From Fusobacteriaceae bacterium (lineage in GTDB: Bacteria > Fusobacteriota > Fusobacteriia > Fusobacteriales > Fusobacteriaceae), in the NCBI GenBank assembly GCA_051656905.1, contig JBOFJQ010000015.1, positions 66,861-130,860 of the forward strand: a stretch of DNA of 64,000 nucleotides, given 5' to 3'. A model generated the notes under the pieces. It ran no database searches, was not told the DNA's origin, and saw only the letters and a list, made by a program, of their open reading frames with translations. Made by a program: the position numbers and the translations under genes. This document shows, piece by piece, positions 43,316-52,233 of this stretch. Position 1 is the stretch's first letter, and each line of letters begins with the position of its first letter.

Positions 43316-43531
43316 CTAGTCTCTTTCTACTGTTATAACGCTATCTGGGCACATCATTGCACAATTTCCACAACCAATACATTTGTCTAATTCTGTAACT
43401 GTTGCAGGGTTATACCCTTTAATGTTAATTTTGTGATTATCCATATGAACAATTTTAACTGGACATCCTGTTGTGCATAGTCCACAACCTTTGCAAATTT
43501 CTTGCTTAAATGAAACTTTACCTTTAGCCAT
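43316..43531 (-). CDS. 2-oxoacid:ferredoxin oxidoreductase, delta (2x[4Fe-4S]) subunit
   Basis: CKGCGLCTTGCP and CIGCGNCAMMCP motifs. Start at ATG 43531 after GGAGG. Confidence 0.8.
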   Translation of the reverse strand: MAKGKVSFKQEICKGCGLCTTGCPVKIVHMDNHKINIKGYNPATVTELDKCIGCGNCAMMCPDSVITVERD

Positions 43532-43601
43532 AATACCTCCCAAATAAAAATTTATATATAAAGTTTTTTTAAAAACTTTGAAAATAGATTAGAGTATTAA
43601 A

Positions 43602-44279
43602 TTACATCCAACTTTTACGATTAAGCATTTGAAGTGAAAAAAGATCACCAGCAAACTCTTTATCAGGTAATAAGTTTTCTAAGTCATGCTTAAAAGATGT
43701 ATATTTAATCGGTATATTTCTTTTCTTTGATACAGCTCGAGCTAGTTCATCCCCTCTTCTAATATCATCTATGGTTGTTTCCCAAATAAGATGAGTATTA
43801 TTTATAATTCCAGTAACCTTCATATTTAAGGCACCTTCTATTGAATCAAGTTCAGCTAAGGCAGAGTCTACATCCATAGTCTCTGGTCTGTTAGCATTTA
43901 AGACGAAAAAAAGATCGCATAGATCACTATTAATAAGGTCTCTAAAACTAGAAAAAGCTTTAGCACCTCCACTACTCCCACCTAAATCTATAATGTAGTC
44001 ATAGCTAGTGTCGGTAAAAGGTTTCATAACATTTCCTGATACAGCAGGGAGATCCATCCCGTGTTCTTTTAAAATAAATCCTAGAAGTTCAATATTTTTT
44101 TCTTTAAAAATAGATTCGCACTCTCTACTTCTAAAATAAGGATTAACAACATCCATATCGGCAACAGCAACTTTTCTTCCTAAGTCAGAAAGTTTTACAG
44201 CATAATTTACGGCAAATTCTGTCTTCCCACTGCCATAATGACCAGTGATTATTCTAATTCTTTTATCATTAATTAACAT
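43602..44279 (-). CDS. P-loop NTPase of unknown function
   Basis: Walker A GHYGSGKTE and Walker-B-like YIIDLGG. It sits at the head of the oxidoreductase gene string. Confidence 0.5.
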   Translation of the reverse strand: MLINDKRIRIITGHYGSGKTEFAVNYAVKLSDLGRKVAVADMDVVNPYFRSRECESIFKEKNIELLGFILKEHGMDLPAVSGNVMKPFTDTSYDYIIDLGGSSGGAKAFSSFRDLINSDLCDLFFVLNANRPETMDVDSALAELDSIEGALNMKVTGIINNTHLIWETTIDDIRRGDELARAVSKKRNIPIKYTSFKHDLENLLPDKEFAGDLFSLQMLNRKSWM

Positions 44280-44423
44280 GAGTCACCCCTATCTTAAATA
44301 TTGTAGTCAGTGTATAGTAATTTTAACATATAATATAAAAAAACACAATTCAAACAATAATGAAACAGTAATGATACAGTTTTTTCAAAAATCGAAAAAA
44401 CGATAAAATATTTTAAGAATAAA

Positions 44424-45566
44424 CTAATTGTATAAAGTAATTAAAAATTCTATGATAGTAAGGCCAGATTCTGAAGATTTGAAATTAATGTTATTTGAAT
44501 TACCTCCGCCTTTTACATCATATTTAGTTTTTAGTTCAGATAAGATTTTTGTACAATCAACTTTAGAAGATGAGATAGAAAAATTACTATCTGAGTAAGT
44601 TACTAGAAGATATTCTAAATCATTAGCTAAAAATGATTTTTTTACAAAGTCATTAATTTCACGAGTTTCATCTATAAAAAATAGGTTTAATTTTCCAATT
44701 TCAGGGATAGTAAGTATTTTTTTAGGGTTTAATATAAGATCTTTAAATATTAAATTAGAGTATTTGATTTCGAGCTCTTTTTTTTCTTTTTCAACTCTTT
44801 TTTTATCCTCTATATTTTTATCTATCATAGCAATTAAATTTTCAGGTTGGCAACTGAATTTAACACCTAATTTACTAATAATATCGTGTTTGAAATTGTA
44901 ATCTATAATAGCTTTATTTCCAGATATAAAATAAAATCTAGTATAAGTAGATTTTATTCTTTCATAGCCTAAAACCTTAAAAACTCTGATATCTTTAATA
45001 TTTTTTACATGAAGTCCAGCACAAGCGTTAAAATCTTCAGGGAAAGTACTAAGGATTCTTACATCACCTTTTATTTTATCTGGAATATTTTTTCTATCTC
45101 CCATAATAGGTTGAGCCTCTTCTAAACTGCATATTTTTTCAATAACTTCAAATCCAGTTTTAATTTTTAAGTTTACCTCTTCCTCTATTGTTTTTACCAT
45201 TTCAGCAGTAACGTCACTTACATCAAAATCAAGTGTACAGTAATTTTCAGCCATTCTGAATCCTACAGTTCTCCAACCATATTTTAAAAATGCTATAGCT
45301 GAAAAAACATGTTCCCCAGAATGATTTTCTCTGGCATCATCTCTTCTAATAGGATTAATAGTATATTCATACTCTCCTATTTCTAGAGGGGAATCTATAA
45401 TGATATCTTTGTCTAAAACTTCAACAATATTAGCTTTTCCAATAGTTCCTAAATCTCCAAGTTGTCCACCTTTACCATTGGGATAAAGCTCTTCACCTTC
45501 TAAATATTCAAAAGATACTTTATAGTTTTTTTCACATTTTTCACAATTTAAAATTCTTAATTTCAT
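44424..45566 (-). CDS. AlaX-L type alanyl-tRNA editing protein
   Basis: Zinc motifs HSGEHVFSA (HxxxH) and CAGLHV (CxxxH), plus a C-terminal DHHA1-like GGG segment. Confidence 0.7.
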   Translation of the reverse strand: MKLRILNCEKCEKNYKVSFEYLEGEELYPNGKGGQLGDLGTIGKANIVEVLDKDIIIDSPLEIGEYEYTINPIRRDDARENHSGEHVFSAIAFLKYGWRTVGFRMAENYCTLDFDVSDVTAEMVKTIEEEVNLKIKTGFEVIEKICSLEEAQPIMGDRKNIPDKIKGDVRILSTFPEDFNACAGLHVKNIKDIRVFKVLGYERIKSTYTRFYFISGNKAIIDYNFKHDIISKLGVKFSCQPENLIAMIDKNIEDKKRVEKEKKELEIKYSNLIFKDLILNPKKILTIPEIGKLNLFFIDETREINDFVKKSFLANDLEYLLVTYSDSNFSISSSKVDCTKILSELKTKYDVKGGGNSNNINFKSSESGLTIIEFLITLYN

Positions 45567-45721
45567 TAATCTAACCTCTCTTCGTTATATATTGTAAGCA
45601 TTATTATTTTAAAATGCATATCTTAGTTAATAGTATACAATTTTTTTTAGTAGAACTAAATATAAATTCTTAAAAATAAGGGATTTAAGATAAAAAATTA
45701 GTTGAAAATTTCAAATAAAAG

Positions 45722-45750
45722 TTGACAGTAAAATAATAATAGAGTATTAT
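45722..45750 (+). promoter_or_regulatory. sigma70-type promoter upstream of the tRNA-Leu locus
   Basis: TTGACA, a 17-nt spacer, then TATTAT, 18 nt before the half-tRNA. Confidence 0.55.
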
Positions 45751-45767
45751 TCAAGGGTAAGAATTAA

Positions 45768-45812
45768 GCCTGGGTGGTGAAATGGTAGACGCGGCGGACT
45801 CAAAATCTGATT
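45768..45812 (+). pseudogene. 5' half of a tRNA-Leu(CAA) gene (truncated relic)
   Basis: gcctgggtggtgaaatggtagacgcggcggactcaaaatc matches the acceptor, D-arm and anticodon loop of the intact copy. It diverges right after the loop and has no variable or T arm. Confidence 0.7.
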
Positions 45813-45900
45813 GTAGTTTGTCAAAAAAGTTACATTTTACAAGGGATTAAAAAGGACTAGAAAACAAACGACTTTCAAAACGACTTTTATTATAATATAT

Positions 45901-45986
45901 GCCTGGGTGACGAAATGGTAAACGTAGTTGACTCAAAATCAATCGGTGGTAACACCTTGGGGGTTCAAGTCCCCCCTCAGGCACCA
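45901..45986 (+). tRNA. tRNA-Leu (anticodon CAA), CCA encoded
   Basis: I folded the cloverleaf by hand: acceptor gcctggg/ctcaggc, anticodon loop cuCAAaa, long variable arm, T arm ggggg-ttcaagt-ccccc. Confidence 0.93.
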
Positions 45987-45988
45987 AC

Positions 45989-47224
45989 TTATTCATCTTT
46001 AGATTCTAAAGATGTTTTTTTATTTTCTGCTATTTTTTCTAGAATCTTCCCTGTTTTTAGTATATTTTTATTAGAGAGGTGTGTGTAAGTATCCATGGTA
46101 GTATTTATAGTAGAGTGTCCTAGCCACTGTTGAATTTCTTTCATGTCAAGTCCTGCATTGTGAAGCATAGTTGCACATGAGTGACGCAGATCATGGAATC
46201 TAATATCTTTAAAATTATGTTTTCTAATTATTGTTTTAAAGTGTTGTGTAATGTAATTGGGCTTTATAAGGTCACCCATTTCATTTACACATATATTATC
46301 TAAATATTTTTTATTATAAGAGTTTCCAAATTCTAAAATATATTTAGATTGTTTCTCTTTTATCTTTATCAGTAGTTCTTTTAGTTGTGGAATTAAATCT
46401 AATGTTCTATGACTTTTTTTATTTTTTGTTCTTTCTCTATTTTCATACATCTTCTTGTTCCCATCAGAAAACTCTACAATTGTATTTTCAATAACAATAC
46501 AATTATTTTCATAGTCAACACTACTCCATTTAAGCCCTAGTGCTTCACTTCTTCTCAATCCATAAAAAGCAGCGAGGTAAACAGGTAACTCTATATAAGT
46601 TCCTTTTACTACAAGTAATAGCTCATGTATCTCACTAGGAGTTAATGTTTTTGCTATATATTGCCTTTTCTTAGGCTTTTCGACTAAATCCGCTTGGTTA
46701 TTTAAAACCAAGCCTTGTTTTAAAGCCGTTTGTAGAGCCTTTCTAATATTTGCATGGTAATGTAAAACTGTATTTGCACTGATGCCTCTCTCATTTAAGT
46801 GGTAGTTGTAGAACTCTTGTAAGTGAGTAGCTTTCAATTCTTTTAATCCTAAGTTTAGATCTAAAAAGTATGGAATAACATTGTTCTCTATAATGTGTCT
46901 ATATCCAGTATAAGTATTTTTTTCTAAAGTTGATTTAACCGAATTAAGCCAAATTTTTAAGAAATCAGTGAAGAGGATAAAACCCTCTTCTTTTTCTGAA
47001 AGCTTCTTTGTCCATTCTAACCTAAAATCATAAAGCATTGAGTTAGCCTCTGCCAAGTTTTCTTTGCTCTTTGTTTTTGTTTTATCATCAACTAGTAATT
47101 TTGTAGATTTTGATTTTAGTACTTGTTTCTGAGTAATTGGATCATAGAAATTTATAACAGTATGATAAAATCCGTTCTTTTTTCTTAAGTATCCTGCAAT
47201 TAGTTTATCTTCATTTTTTTTCAT
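45989..47224 (-). CDS. int: tyrosine recombinase / phage integrase
   Basis: 411 aa with a SAM-like N-terminal core-binding domain, GLRRSE, HDLRHSCATML and a HxxxxxTxxxYTH C-terminus. Confidence 0.93.
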   Translation of the reverse strand: MKKNEDKLIAGYLRKKNGFYHTVINFYDPITQKQVLKSKSTKLLVDDKTKTKSKENLAEANSMLYDFRLEWTKKLSEKEEGFILFTDFLKIWLNSVKSTLEKNTYTGYRHIIENNVIPYFLDLNLGLKELKATHLQEFYNYHLNERGISANTVLHYHANIRKALQTALKQGLVLNNQADLVEKPKKRQYIAKTLTPSEIHELLLVVKGTYIELPVYLAAFYGLRRSEALGLKWSSVDYENNCIVIENTIVEFSDGNKKMYENRERTKNKKSHRTLDLIPQLKELLIKIKEKQSKYILEFGNSYNKKYLDNICVNEMGDLIKPNYITQHFKTIIRKHNFKDIRFHDLRHSCATMLHNAGLDMKEIQQWLGHSTINTTMDTYTHLSNKNILKTGKILEKIAENKKTSLESKDE

Positions 47225-47235
47225 CTTTTAGGCTC

Positions 47236-47427
47236 CTAATTGTTTTTTTCTAAGAACTCTATTATATTTTTTTTTGTTACTTTATAGAGCTTTCCAACTC
47301 TGGAATGTTTTAACTCTCCTCTAACGCACATTTTTCTTACTGTATCTTTAGAAGCACCGAAATATTTTGCTGTTTCCTCTAAACTTAAAACATCATTATA
47401 GTTTTCTAAACTTTCATAATTTGTCAT
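47236..47427 (-). CDS. xis: excisionase-type HTH DNA-binding protein
   Basis: 63 aa, LSLEETAKYFGASKDTVRKMCVRGELKHSRVGKLYKV, typical of the excisionase family. Start at ATG 47427 after AAGGAG. Confidence 0.7.
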   Translation of the reverse strand: MTNYESLENYNDVLSLEETAKYFGASKDTVRKMCVRGELKHSRVGKLYKVTKKNIIEFLEKNN

Positions 47428-47428
47428 T

Positions 47429-48136
47429 TTAATTCTCCTTTTCAAATAAATTTAAATTATTTTCATTAATTATAAGTTCTTCTTTTTCTTTTATAAAAAG
47501 TTCAATCTCTTCCAGTTCTCTTTTTAAAGATTTGATATTACTTTTATATTGTGAAATATTATTTGAATTTTTGATTAATTTAATTTTATATTTTAAATCT
47601 TTAAATTCGTTTATGATTTCATCATTTTCAACATCTATTATTTCAACTTCTTCTACCTTAATATTATTCTCTATCAATCCAGTATCAAGTAACCAGTATT
47701 TGATTTCCTCTATTGATTTAAGTCCTAATTCAGCAACTTCAATTACTCTTTGAGGTTCTGACAACTTAGATGTCAGCATCTTTACAGCAGGTATACTTAA
47801 AGAACTAACCCAAAGGTGATGTTCTGGAACTTGAATAAAGAGTTCATATCTTTTTAATAGTTCAGAAACTTTGTCTTTATTGAGACCAATGTGCTGATAC
47901 CATTGCATGAATGTCCCATCTTTCTTTAAGATAAGAGAAACATCATAAAGCTCTTTACAGATTTCAAAAATATTTTGAGAATAAGCTTTGAAGGTTCTGA
48001 AAATAATCTCTTCTTTTTTTATAACTTCTTCTATATCTCTTTTTTCAATTTCGCAACTTCCGAAATCGAAGGTAGATTGATACTGAGGTTTAACTTGACC
48101 TTTTAGTCTGTCTAAAGCAGTCATTTTTTTATTCAT
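47429..48136 (-). CDS. hypothetical protein, possible ParB-like partition adaptor
   Basis: The call rests on position only: it overlaps the parA stop. The C-terminus is a coiled coil. I recognise no motif. Confidence 0.4.
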   Translation of the reverse strand: MNKKMTALDRLKGQVKPQYQSTFDFGSCEIEKRDIEEVIKKEEIIFRTFKAYSQNIFEICKELYDVSLILKKDGTFMQWYQHIGLNKDKVSELLKRYELFIQVPEHHLWVSSLSIPAVKMLTSKLSEPQRVIEVAELGLKSIEEIKYWLLDTGLIENNIKVEEVEIIDVENDEIINEFKDLKYKIKLIKNSNNISQYKSNIKSLKRELEEIELFIKEKEELIINENNLNLFEKEN

Positions 48137-48902
48137 TGCAAATCACCTCAATAATTTTTAAAAATATTTCTCTAATCTCTTCTGTTTTAACAGACTTGCT
48201 TTCCCAAACTGATTTACCTTTATCTATTAGCTTTCCTATTTCTCCTGATTGGCTGATAGGCATTGTAAGTAAAATTCCTGTTCCATCTAAGATATCAACT
48301 AACGAATCATAAATTTCTTTTTCTTTAGCTGTTCTAGTAAACCTATTTGGAATAATAGCTTTCACCTTTTTTTTATCAACTTGATTAAGTAAATTTACAA
48401 TTGATGCAGTTGTAACGTTATCTAAAAATGTTGGAATAACTATTTCATCTGCTAACTCTAAAAAGTCTTTATCCAAAGAAAGTGTTGGAGTGGAATCAAT
48501 TATAATATACTCAAATCTTTGTTTTAAAGTTTCTATAAAGTTTATTAACTTTCCTCTTGATGATGTTTTAATATAGTCTGCCATCAAAGGAATGAAATAT
48601 ACATTTTCTCTAATTGAAATTATTTCCCCATCTTTTCCATTAATCCACTCTTCTAATCCACTGTTAAATTCAACATTTTCTTTTCCTGCATAGTGTAAGA
48701 TATTATTTTGAGAATCGGTTGTAAGTATTAGAATTTTTTTGCCTGTTTTTAATTGTAAAGCATGTGCAATTTGGAGAGTAATCCATGATTTTCCAACTCC
48801 GCCTTTATTATTTTTAATTAAAATTATTTTTGCTAGTTCGTTACTTAAAGGCTTAAATTCTCTACAATCAAAGATTGTTTCTACTAGTTCTTTGTATTTC
48901 AT
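48129..48902 (-). CDS. parA: ParA/Soj family partition ATPase
   Basis: Deviant Walker A NNKGGVGKSW and Walker B IIIDSTP. Confidence 0.85.
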   Translation of the reverse strand: MKYKELVETIFDCREFKPLSNELAKIILIKNNKGGVGKSWITLQIAHALQLKTGKKILILTTDSQNNILHYAGKENVEFNSGLEEWINGKDGEIISIRENVYFIPLMADYIKTSSRGKLINFIETLKQRFEYIIIDSTPTLSLDKDFLELADEIVIPTFLDNVTTASIVNLLNQVDKKKVKAIIPNRFTRTAKEKEIYDSLVDILDGTGILLTMPISQSGEIGKLIDKGKSVWESKSVKTEEIREIFLKIIEVICNE

Positions 48903-49150
48903 AGATTACCCTCCTGTTTGATTTTAAAATGCTTTTGCTTTACAGGAACATCAATAAGTATTCCAAAATAAGCTAATTCAAGTTTTTCATTATAAAATTT
49001 ATCTTTAGGTATTTTATATATTGTTTCTAAGTCTCTTATTTCTATTAAATCAACACTGTTTTTATCCTCACGCCATTTATTTCTTAAAAACATTGCTTCT
49101 CCATAATTAAATATCATTTTTAGCATTTTTTTATATTTCATTATTCCCAC
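48899..49150 (-). CDS. hypothetical protein
   Basis: ORF only, coupled to parA by a 4-nt overlap. Confidence 0.4.
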   Translation of the reverse strand: MGIMKYKKMLKMIFNYGEAMFLRNKWREDKNSVDLIEIRDLETIYKIPKDKFYNEKLELAYFGILIDVPVKQKHFKIKQEGNL

Positions 49151-49180
49151 CTCACTAAGATGTTTTAAATTGCATTATAA

Positions 49181-49711
49181 TTAGTTTTCGTTTTCTATTC
49201 TTATTTTATTCCTAAATTTATTTTGAGTCTGCATAAAGGTGTTTTTCATTGTCTCTTGGGTTATTGGATCAAGTTTTATATCTTTTATTTCCTCATTATC
49301 ATCATCGTTTAAATTAGGCATATCAACATTTCCACAAGTATAACCTGTTACTGCTCCATCTAAAATTTTATGAAGTATTTCTTTATGAAAATCAAAATCA
49401 TTTTTAATTTTAATATAAGTATTTTCATCAGTTTTTATTATAAATTTTAATTTGCTCATTTTAGGTTTTCTATAAAAACTACGATATCCAATAGCATTTA
49501 CAATAATTAAAGTTAATAATGTTTTTTCATATTCATTATTTGCTTTAAAAATAAAAAACTTATCTTCTAGAAAATGATCATCATCAATTTTATATTTTTC
49601 TTTTAATTCACAGTACATTTGTAATGCACTTTCTCTTTCTCCTGGAGCAGCTCCTGTATCATCAGCAAGTTTCTTAATTTTTTTTAATTTCTCAATTATT
49701 TTTGAATCCAT
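49181..49711 (-). CDS. DUF2786-like protein
   Basis: The N-terminus IEKLKKIKKLADDTGAAPGERESALQMYCELKEKY resembles the DUF2786 helix pair. Confidence 0.5.
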   Translation of the reverse strand: MDSKIIEKLKKIKKLADDTGAAPGERESALQMYCELKEKYKIDDDHFLEDKFFIFKANNEYEKTLLTLIIVNAIGYRSFYRKPKMSKLKFIIKTDENTYIKIKNDFDFHKEILHKILDGAVTGYTCGNVDMPNLNDDDNEEIKDIKLDPITQETMKNTFMQTQNKFRNKIRIENEN

Positions 49712-49720
49712 TGAATCCTC

Positions 49721-50746
49721 CTAGGCATGCTTAGTCATACTTTCTTCTTTTAAAACTTCTATAATCAAATAATTTCTTATCCCTTCAACGTTGAAAGCTT
49801 TTTCTTGTTCACGTGTTAGTGTTGATTTACCCATTTTCTCAGCAAACTTTAATCTAGCTTTTTCTATAGTTTCCATTTTTTTATCCTCTTCAAAAGTTAG
49901 GAACATTTCATATTCAGCAGAGATTTTTATTGCTTCTGGAATAGGAATAGTTTCTTTTTTTATCTTTGGTAATTCATTGTGAGAAGAAACAACAGGTGTA
50001 ACAGCTATTTTTTTAGCTTGGTAAATAGGTTGTCTTTCTCCTTTTGATATTTTTACACAAAATACTTTTACTGGATCATTAACGCCAGGAGTATTTTTTA
50101 TATTTTCAAAAGTTTCTTTTAAATATTCAGTAACTTTATCTTTAGACAAATTACGTAATAATTTTTTTACTGAGGTCTGATTAAACTTTGTAAAATTTAC
50201 CCCAAGCTCTTTAAAAATATTTTCAAAATAATCAAGTTCAAGACTTTCTTCATGAACATGATTATTAATATAATTATTAACATGATTATTAGGGTCAGTT
50301 TCTGCTATACCCTCATGGCAGTTTCTGCTATACCCCCGTGTCAGATTCTGACCCATAGCAGTTTCTGCTATACCATTTTTTGGATTACTTTTAGTACTTG
50401 TTTTTACTTTTTTATTTTTATTATTTTCGTTTTTATCTTCTAACATTTCTCCTAGAATTTTTTTATATGCTTCTTCACAACAGTTATATTCACAATATTT
50501 AATTTTATTTTTTAGAATATCTGTTTTTATAATTAAATTCTTATCTAGCAGACCATTAAGTGCTTTTTTAGCAGTATTCTTTGAAACATTTAAAGACTTG
50601 CAAATATATTCTAAGCTCCCACTAAACCGACTCTCAAAATCTTGAGAGAAACCATATATAAGAGCGTAGGCAAGTAGTTCGTTACCTGCCAAATTCATTC
50701 TTGTAACCATCCATCCTTGGATAGTATAATAATTATTATCATTCAT
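49721..50746 (-). CDS. phage replication organizer (wHTH N-terminus, DnaD-like C-terminus)
   Basis: The N-terminus YYTIQGWMV...LAGNELLAYALIYGFSQ...SLEYICKSLNVSKNTAKKALNGL is typical of replisome-organizer wHTH domains. Iterons are embedded in the gene. Confidence 0.7.
   Translation of the reverse strand: MNDNNYYTIQGWMVTRMNLAGNELLAYALIYGFSQDFESRFSGSLEYICKSLNVSKNTAKKALNGLLDKNLIIKTDILKNKIKYCEYNCCEEAYKKILGEMLEDKNENNKNKKVKTSTKSNPKNGIAETAMGQNLTRGYSRNCHEGIAETDPNNHVNNYINNHVHEESLELDYFENIFKELGVNFTKFNQTSVKKLLRNLSKDKVTEYLKETFENIKNTPGVNDPVKVFCVKISKGERQPIYQAKKIAVTPVVSSHNELPKIKKETIPIPEAIKISAEYEMFLTFEEDKKMETIEKARLKFAEKMGKSTLTREQEKAFNVEGIRNYLIIEVLKEESMTKHA
50295..50374. repeat. iteron array (candidate ori) inside the replication gene
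   Basis: gcagtttctgctatacc occurs at 50318 and 50358, with a 16/17 copy at 50295 and a degenerate half-copy near 50340. Confidence 0.7.
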
Positions 50747-50761
50747 GTATAAACCTCTCTC

Positions 50762-51112
50762 TTAATTTTGATTTCTTGACTTCCAGTAGTGATCTCTATA
50801 AATTATTCCAAGATTGACACTTCTTCTAATACTTTCAAAAGATAAATCAGATTCTAAAATGTCCTGGTAAGTATATTCTTTAATGAGTATGTTTTTCAAA
50901 TTATATTGCTGATAAATTTGCAGTCTGGTTTTTGTAACTGCTTGTGCTGTATCAGAAAAAAAATGATTGTTTAACTGTTTTTCTATTCTTTTAAAATCAC
51001 TTAGACCACTGGCATAAATGACGTCTAATAATTCTCCAACTTTTCCATATATTCTAAATATATTTTTTTTAGGATAAGAATAATATATTCTTGCATTGTG
51101 TGGTATTTGCAT
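50762..51112 (-). CDS. hypothetical protein
   Basis: 116-aa ORF in the leftward early operon. Confidence 0.4.
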   Translation of the reverse strand: MQIPHNARIYYSYPKKNIFRIYGKVGELLDVIYASGLSDFKRIEKQLNNHFFSDTAQAVTKTRLQIYQQYNLKNILIKEYTYQDILESDLSFESIRRSVNLGIIYRDHYWKSRNQN

Positions 51113-51125
51113 TAGTTTTTCCCCC

Positions 51126-51254
51126 TTAATATTTAATCCCAGTAAGAGTACTTACTTGAGACCAAACTTCACTAGGTGCTCCTTCTAAAATTTTATTTAC
51201 ATTATTAACTTTAAATTCTACGATTACTTTTGAACCAATATATTTAATTTTCAT
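51126..51254 (-). CDS. hypothetical 42-aa protein
   Basis: My own translation gives MKIKYIGSKVIVEFKVNNVNKILEGAPSEVWSQVSTLTGIKY. GGAGG lies 9 nt upstream. Confidence 0.3.
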   Translation of the reverse strand: MKIKYIGSKVIVEFKVNNVNKILEGAPSEVWSQVSTLTGIKY

Positions 51255-51349
51255 AAAATAAAAAACCTCCTAAAAAACTATTTATTTTTTGAGAGGTTCA
51301 TGATACACTATATTTGCGAGATGTAGTGGGTTCAGTGAACCTGCTCTTT

Positions 51350-51802
51350 TTATTTTTTTGATATTGCTTTTAAAGCATTTTCTAATATTAATTTTTCTTC
51401 TATCCCCCTACTTTCATTGCCAAGCTTTTCTCGGCAACATCTAATGTAATCAATTAAAAATATTCTTGTCTTATCATCACACATTTCAAAGTAATCTTCT
51501 TTTTCAAAATTTTCTAATAATTTTTTATGAAATACTTTGTGAAAACTTAACATTTCATCAAAGATAGTTTTTAGTTCATCACTAAAATTATTATCTTTAA
51601 TAGTTGTTTCAATTCTTTTAAAAAATCCAGTTTGCACTGAGTTATGCCAAATAATATGTCCTCTTAAGTCATCTCTCCTTTTATCATCTAATTTATCTAC
51701 TGTTGCCATATATGATAAGTGTTCTTCAACTGTAGTAACACGCACCTGCATGTTCATGCTTCTTTCAAGCTCTTTAGAACTTGCTGTTTCAGTTCTTCCC
51801 AT
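51350..51802 (-). CDS. hypothetical protein
   Basis: 150-aa ORF, second gene after the cro-like gene. Confidence 0.4.
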   Translation of the reverse strand: MGRTETASSKELERSMNMQVRVTTVEEHLSYMATVDKLDDKRRDDLRGHIIWHNSVQTGFFKRIETTIKDNNFSDELKTIFDEMLSFHKVFHKKLLENFEKEDYFEMCDDKTRIFLIDYIRCCREKLGNESRGIEEKLILENALKAISKK

Positions 51803-51871
51803 TTTTTCTAGTATCTCCTTATTAAAATTTAATTTACCTGTGATAATTAAATAAAAAAACGTAGTTTTATA

Positions 51872-52060
51872 TTATTCTTCTAAAAGAATACCCTCCTTTA
51901 ATTTTAGAATTTTTTCTATTTTTAAAATTACATCTTTATTATTTCTATCAATATGGTGATACATAAGCTGTCTTGAAGACATTCCCAAATCTTCAACTAA
52001 TTTTTTTATGCTAATATCTTTTTTAATACATTCAATTTTTATACGCTGTTTTAATGTCAT
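51872..52060 (-). CDS. Cro-like small HTH regulator
   Basis: 62 aa from ATG 52060 after GGAGA. The HTH is ISIKKLVEDLGMSSRQLMYH. It is divergent from the cI-like gene. Confidence 0.65.
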   Translation of the reverse strand: MTLKQRIKIECIKKDISIKKLVEDLGMSSRQLMYHHIDRNNKDVILKIEKILKLKEGILLEE

Positions 52061-52100
52061 ATATTCTCCTTTAATTGTAGTTTCAATTATAAGTGATACC

Positions 52101-52174
52101 ACTTACTAAAAGAAGTATAACAATTTAAGTTATCTTTGTAAATAGTTTTTTTTGAAAAACTTCTCTAAGTAAGT
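52101..52174. promoter_or_regulatory. pair of inverted 16-bp operator-like sites in the switch region
   Basis: acttactaaaagaagt (52101-52116) matches the reverse complement of acttctctaagtaagt (52159-52174) at 14/16 positions. Each site overlaps the -35 region of a divergent promoter (the -10 TATAAT complement at 52086-52091; TGtTATTAT at 52191-52199). Confidence 0.4.
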
Positions 52175-52233
52175 AAAAAAAAAGAAAATATGTTATTATT
52201 AAGGATAAAGAATATGTTTTAAAGGGAGGAGAA

